The notes beneath the pieces were generated by a model, which worked only from the letters and a program-made list of their open reading frames with translations, did no database searches and was not told where the DNA came from. Both the position numbers and the translations under genes were made by a program. A stretch of 32,000 bases of DNA from Candidatus Pacearchaeota archaeon (lineage in GTDB: Archaea; Nanobdellota; Nanobdellia; Pacearchaeales; UBA284): the NCBI GenBank assembly GCA_026016245.1, contig CP061211.1, positions 30,001 through 62,000 on the forward strand. The letters run 5' to 3'. Below are positions 28,546 to 32,000 of the stretch, piece after piece (within the stretch, counting starts at the first letter, position 1; every line of letters begins with the position of its first letter).

Positions 28546-29897
28546 AAAAAAATAAGAAAAAAGAATTTATAATTATAGGAATTTTCCTTCTAGTCCTTTT
28601 AATTTTATTTTTAATTCTCAATTGGTTTAGTCCTATGTTATTATGGGATGAGAATGTTTATCTAGGAAATGCAAGAAGTCACATTTCTAATAGTGCATTT
28701 ACAGAGGATTTTAGATTTCCTCTCTTAGAGTATCTTATAGCTTTTGCATGGTTTTTTTCTGGAGAAAGTATTTTTATTGCTCAGCTGATTATTATTCTTT
28801 TTAGTCTTGCATCAGTTTTTTTTCTTTATCTTATAAGCAAAAGATTTTTTTCAGAGAGATTTTCCTTTCTGCTTTGCTTCTTCTTTGCTTTATGCCCTTT
28901 AATTCTTTTTTGGGGTTTTCGTGCTTATGCTGATATTCCTGCAATGTTTTTTGTTATCCTCTCATTTTACTTCTTGTTAAAATCAGAAAAAAATAATAAA
29001 ATTATTTTTCTAGCTTTAGCTGGCTTTGTGGCAGCTCTTGCTTTCTTAACTAGGTTTCCAACTGCTTTATTTGCTTTATCTGCTGGCCTTTACTTTATTT
29101 TCAAAAAAAGATTTAAAGATTTAGGTATTTTTACTCTTTTTTTTATTGTTGCTCTTTTGCCTTGGCTTACATGTAATTATTTGAGTTATGGAAATTTTAT
29201 ATGGGACCTTCAGGAGCAGTATCTTGTGATAAGTAAATGGACTTCTTCTGAGCCTATAATCAAGCAGATAACTAACCTATTTGTCTATATTAATTTTTTA
29301 ATCCCTTTACTATTGCTTCTTGGAATTTATGTTACAATAAGAAAGAATGAAAAATTTAATTTATTAATTTTGATTTATGTTATCTTGTCTTTTATTTATT
29401 ATCTCTTTTTTGTTAGGCTGAAAGATGCTCGTTATTATCTTACATTTTTACCCTTCATTTATCTTATTTCTTTTCAAGGCTTATATTATCTGAAGAAAAA
29501 GAAAATTTTTAGATATGTGTTTATGATTCTGATTATTATTCTGGTTTTAAACACTGTGTTTATTTTTGGTTATTTGGCTGGTAAGAATTATTGTGAAAAA
29601 AATAGCTCAATTACTCAATCTATAAATTATTTAAAAGGTGAAGTAGATGTAGATGATGTTGTGTTGAGTAATGTTTGGCCTTGGTTTGGTTATCATCTTA
29701 ATGTTAAGGTCTTTAGTTTATGGGATAAAAATATTGGGATATTGCTGGAGACGTATGAACCGGTTTATGTTGTTTATTGTGATGGACTGGGCATAGAATA
29801 TGAAAAAGAAATTCTTGATAATTCTACAAATCTGAAATTAGAACAAGTTTTTAGAGGAAGATGTGGAGAGAAAGTTTATATTTATAGAGTAATTTAA
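28542..29897 (+). CDS. GT-C fold glycosyltransferase (PMT/ArnT-like, GT39/GT83 type)
   Basis: About 10+ TM segments. First extracytoplasmic loop has an acidic DE motif (MLLWDENVYLGNARSH). Soluble C-terminal domain. ATG 28542 overlaps the upstream TGA (ATGA); an in-frame ATG at 28527 is an alternative start. Confidence 0.7.
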   Translation: MKKNKKKEFIIIGIFLLVLLILFLILNWFSPMLLWDENVYLGNARSHISNSAFTEDFRFPLLEYLIAFAWFFSGESIFIAQLIIILFSLASVFFLYLISKRFFSERFSFLLCFFFALCPLILFWGFRAYADIPAMFFVILSFYFLLKSEKNNKIIFLALAGFVAALAFLTRFPTALFALSAGLYFIFKKRFKDLGIFTLFFIVALLPWLTCNYLSYGNFIWDLQEQYLVISKWTSSEPIIKQITNLFVYINFLIPLLLLLGIYVTIRKNEKFNLLILIYVILSFIYYLFFVRLKDARYYLTFLPFIYLISFQGLYYLKKKKIFRYVFMILIIILVLNTVFIFGYLAGKNYCEKNSSITQSINYLKGEVDVDDVVLSNVWPWFGYHLNVKVFSLWDKNIGILLETYEPVYVVYCDGLGIEYEKEILDNSTNLKLEQVFRGRCGEKVYIYRVI

Positions 29898-30589
29898 TCA
29901 AGATCTTCAAAAATTTCTTCAAATTCTTCTTTTGGATGGAATCCTATGTAAACCTTGTTATTCATCACAGTGCTAGGTAATGTGTTGATGCTGTAAAGTT
30001 CTTTTAAGCTATTTATTATTCCTAGATCTAAATCACCATCAATAGAATAAACTTTAATTTTTTCATAACCATACTTATCTGATAAATAACTTAAAATATA
30101 ACCTTGTTTTTCTGATTCACCAATATTTTCTTTCTTATTTGAATAAAAGAATAAGATAATAGTATAATCCTCTTCACATTTTTCAATTCTTTTTCTGATA
30201 AGTAGATAATGCTGTATTTGTAATAAGGTATAAGGCTTTTTTAATTCAATAACTCTTTTGTCATTCTTCCCTAACTGATTTTCAAGCATTATTATTCGTG
30301 TTCCTAAATTATCTATTCTCTCTCCTAGTGCATAGAGAAAATAAGTGCCACAAGGATTATATTCTGCCAGGGCATTTTGCAATTCAATATCAAGCATTTC
30401 TAATCTTATGTCTTCCTCTGTTGTTGTTATAGATTTCATCTTACTTGATGTGACTGCTGAACCTATGAGGATGCCTATAATGAAGAACAAAGTAGCTAGG
30501 GCAATTGCTAAGAGATATCTCTCTAAGGATAATCTAGACTTTTTGACTGTTTTTGTTCCCCTCTTTCTCTTTCTTATCTGAATGACCAT
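29894..30589 (-). CDS. N-terminally membrane-anchored thioredoxin-fold-like protein lacking the CXXC active site
   Basis: Basic N-terminus plus TM (YLLAIALATLFFIIGILIGSAV). C-terminal TIILFFYSNKKEN...IKVYSIDGDLDLGIINSLKELYSINTLPSTVMNNKVYIGFHPKEEFEEI follows the thioredoxin/glutaredoxin beta-alpha-beta ... cis-Pro (TLPS) ... beta layout. The position after FFYS has no Cys pair. Confidence 0.45.
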   Translation of the reverse strand: MVIQIRKRKRGTKTVKKSRLSLERYLLAIALATLFFIIGILIGSAVTSSKMKSITTTEEDIRLEMLDIELQNALAEYNPCGTYFLYALGERIDNLGTRIIMLENQLGKNDKRVIELKKPYTLLQIQHYLLIRKRIEKCEEDYTIILFFYSNKKENIGESEKQGYILSYLSDKYGYEKIKVYSIDGDLDLGIINSLKELYSINTLPSTVMNNKVYIGFHPKEEFEEIFEDLD

Positions 30590-30651
30590 CTTATCATCTT
30601 GCTTTTGGAATTTATAAAAATTTATATAGAGAAAAGAATATTTTGGATTTG

Positions 30652-31758
30652 TTAATATTTTACATTAATACCCTTATAACTAAGAATTCTAATTACTGAA
30701 GAATCAATTCTTTTTTCATCAATAATACCATCTTTTACTGCTTTTTCAATGATTTTTATCATATGATAAATATTTTTTATGTTTGGGTCAGTATTAAGAA
30801 TGATATCATTATCAGCTTTGAACAGATCCATATACATCTGATCTTCATTTGTATAATAGTCTCTTAATCCTAACATTCTGATTTCATCTGTGATTATTAA
30901 TCCATCAAACTTATTTCTTAATTCATTTGTCAATTGTTCTGAAACAACAGCTGGCTTTGATTCTGAATTTAAAATTCCTTCTGTGATTACATGTGAAACC
31001 ATAATAGCAGACACATTACTTTTGATACTTTCTTCAAAAGGAAATAAATCATTACTATCTATTTTAACATAAACAACATATTTATGAGGATCTTGAATAG
31101 AAAGTGTTTTTCCTGGATAGTGTTTGGAAGTTGCAATAATGCCATTTAATTGTAGGCCATTAATATAAGCATTAGCTTTTTCTGAAATTTCTTCTGGCGT
31201 GCCAATAAAACTTCTACAATTCCATATTTCATCCTTAAGGTCAACTACTGGAGCAAAATTTATTGTAAATCCTAAGGTTTTAAGTAACTTCCCTTCTTCA
31301 TAACCTACCTGATAGGCTTCTTCTTTAGTTTTAATTTCTTTCAGAGAAGGAAAATGATGGAAGTTTTCAAAAGGATTCCAGCAGCCTTCTAAATCAGTAG
31401 AAATAAATAAAGGGATATAAGCGTCTTTTTGGAAATAATTAATTTTATCAATAAATTCTTGAGCATTACTTTTTGCACCAAGATGAATTCCCCCTATTAA
31501 CATGTTCTGCAAAGCATTTTTATTTTCTTCTTTCCCAGATGTAATGATCATTTGGGCAATTTTTTGTTTCAAGGTTAAGGAATTAAGATATAGGGTATTT
31601 GTGGATTTATCATAAATGACCTTGGTTGGAGGTTGAATTTCAAGGGGTTTATCTTTTTCAAAATTTATAAAAACTAAAATTAGACACAATATTATAAGCA
31701 GAAAAGTTAAAAGAATCCCTATATTGATCTTGCTTATTTTATTTGATTTTGACATCAT
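30652..31758 (-). CDS. Membrane-anchored glycoside hydrolase family 3 N-terminal-domain enzyme (NagZ-like beta-N-acetylhexosaminidase)
   Basis: N-terminal anchor INIGILLTFLLIILCLILVFI. GH3 motifs LKQKIAQMII, ISTDLEG, NFAPVVDL, SKHYPGKTLSIQDPH (KH-x-PG ... D-x-H dyad region) and GLIITDEIRMLG (nucleophile Asp region). Confidence 0.8.
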   Translation of the reverse strand: MMSKSNKISKINIGILLTFLLIILCLILVFINFEKDKPLEIQPPTKVIYDKSTNTLYLNSLTLKQKIAQMIITSGKEENKNALQNMLIGGIHLGAKSNAQEFIDKINYFQKDAYIPLFISTDLEGCWNPFENFHHFPSLKEIKTKEEAYQVGYEEGKLLKTLGFTINFAPVVDLKDEIWNCRSFIGTPEEISEKANAYINGLQLNGIIATSKHYPGKTLSIQDPHKYVVYVKIDSNDLFPFEESIKSNVSAIMVSHVITEGILNSESKPAVVSEQLTNELRNKFDGLIITDEIRMLGLRDYYTNEDQMYMDLFKADNDIILNTDPNIKNIYHMIKIIEKAVKDGIIDEKRIDSSVIRILSYKGINVKY

Positions 31759-31984
31759 AACCTTCTTTTTTGCAATAATTAAAAATTTTGTAATTTATTA
31801 AATAACTATAGTCAGAACTTTCAGAGATATAACAATACAAGTCAAAATTTTCTGAATCTATTTTTTTGCAATTAAGTTGTTTTTGCAATTCATAACAACA
31901 CCTATTTATGTCTGATATCTCACCCAACTCATCAACATTTTGAAAATAACATTTAGGAGAAGACATATCTAAATTATAAATCAT
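31739..31984 (-). CDS. Small (81 aa) Cys/Tyr-rich hypothetical protein
   Basis: AGGAG (complement of ~31989-31993) lies 4 nt upstream of the ATG. 7 Cys (PKCYF, RCCYE, LNCKK, LYCYI, NYCKK). Its 3' end overlaps the GH3 start by about 20 nt. No family recognised. Confidence 0.4.
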   Translation of the reverse strand: MIYNLDMSSPKCYFQNVDELGEISDINRCCYELQKQLNCKKIDSENFDLYCYISESSDYSYLINYKIFNYCKKEGYDVKIK

Positions 31985-32000
31985 ATCTCCTGTAACTGAA

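Noticed and set aside
1-32000. Scan for tRNA, rRNA, C/D-box sRNA, CRISPR repeats and IS elements
   Set aside because: The intergenic spaces are short (mostly under 140 bp). They contain no T-loop-like GGTTCRAATCC sequence, no paired RUGAUGA/CUGA boxes, no regularly spaced direct repeats and no transposase-like ORF. A covariance-model search (tRNAscan-SE, Infernal) would be needed for certainty.

Overview
Gene-dense, AT-rich window (27 CDS called, very little non-coding DNA) from an archaeon. Support: archaeal-type ArgRS and IleRS, RNA polymerase subunit L (Rpo11), a TrmB-family regulator, a PAC2 proteasome-assembly chaperone, an archaeal MiaB-like methylthiotransferase, and the archaea-specific GTPase/DUF2073/DUF2072 trio. 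TATA boxes, often the palindrome TTTATAAA, sit 29-30 nt upstream of ATGs, implying leaderless mRNAs; other genes use GAGGT-N3-ATG Shine-Dalgarno sites. Tiny spacers, convergent genes sharing TTAA double stops, K/E-rich proteins and giant surface proteins suggest a small-genome DPANN-like archaeon, but that is inference. I saw no rRNA, tRNA, CRISPR, transposase or integrase. The main candidate for a novel system is 1-11825: six adjacent genes for cysteine-rich, membrane-tethered surface proteins. They comprise a Big_2 + 28-Cys stalk protein; a PKD protein with many sequons; a prenyltransferase/terpene-cyclase-like toroid fused to seven 6-Cys modules; a pilin-like class III signal protein; a 1167-aa protein with two disulfide-rich ectodomains around a 4-helix membrane bundle; and a polytopic membrane protein. 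I read this as a possible cell-cell contact or host-interaction apparatus. Second: 25060-26349 encodes a protein whose C-terminal ~235 aa looks like a bacterial outer-membrane beta-barrel, in archaeal context and behind an archaeal promoter. Third: 27484-31758 is a lipid-linked glycosylation and surface-remodelling block (GT2-GtrA fusion overlapping a GT-C transferase, a degenerate membrane thioredoxin-fold protein, a membrane-anchored GH3 NagZ-like hydrolase). All family calls are by-eye motif recognition; no searches were run.
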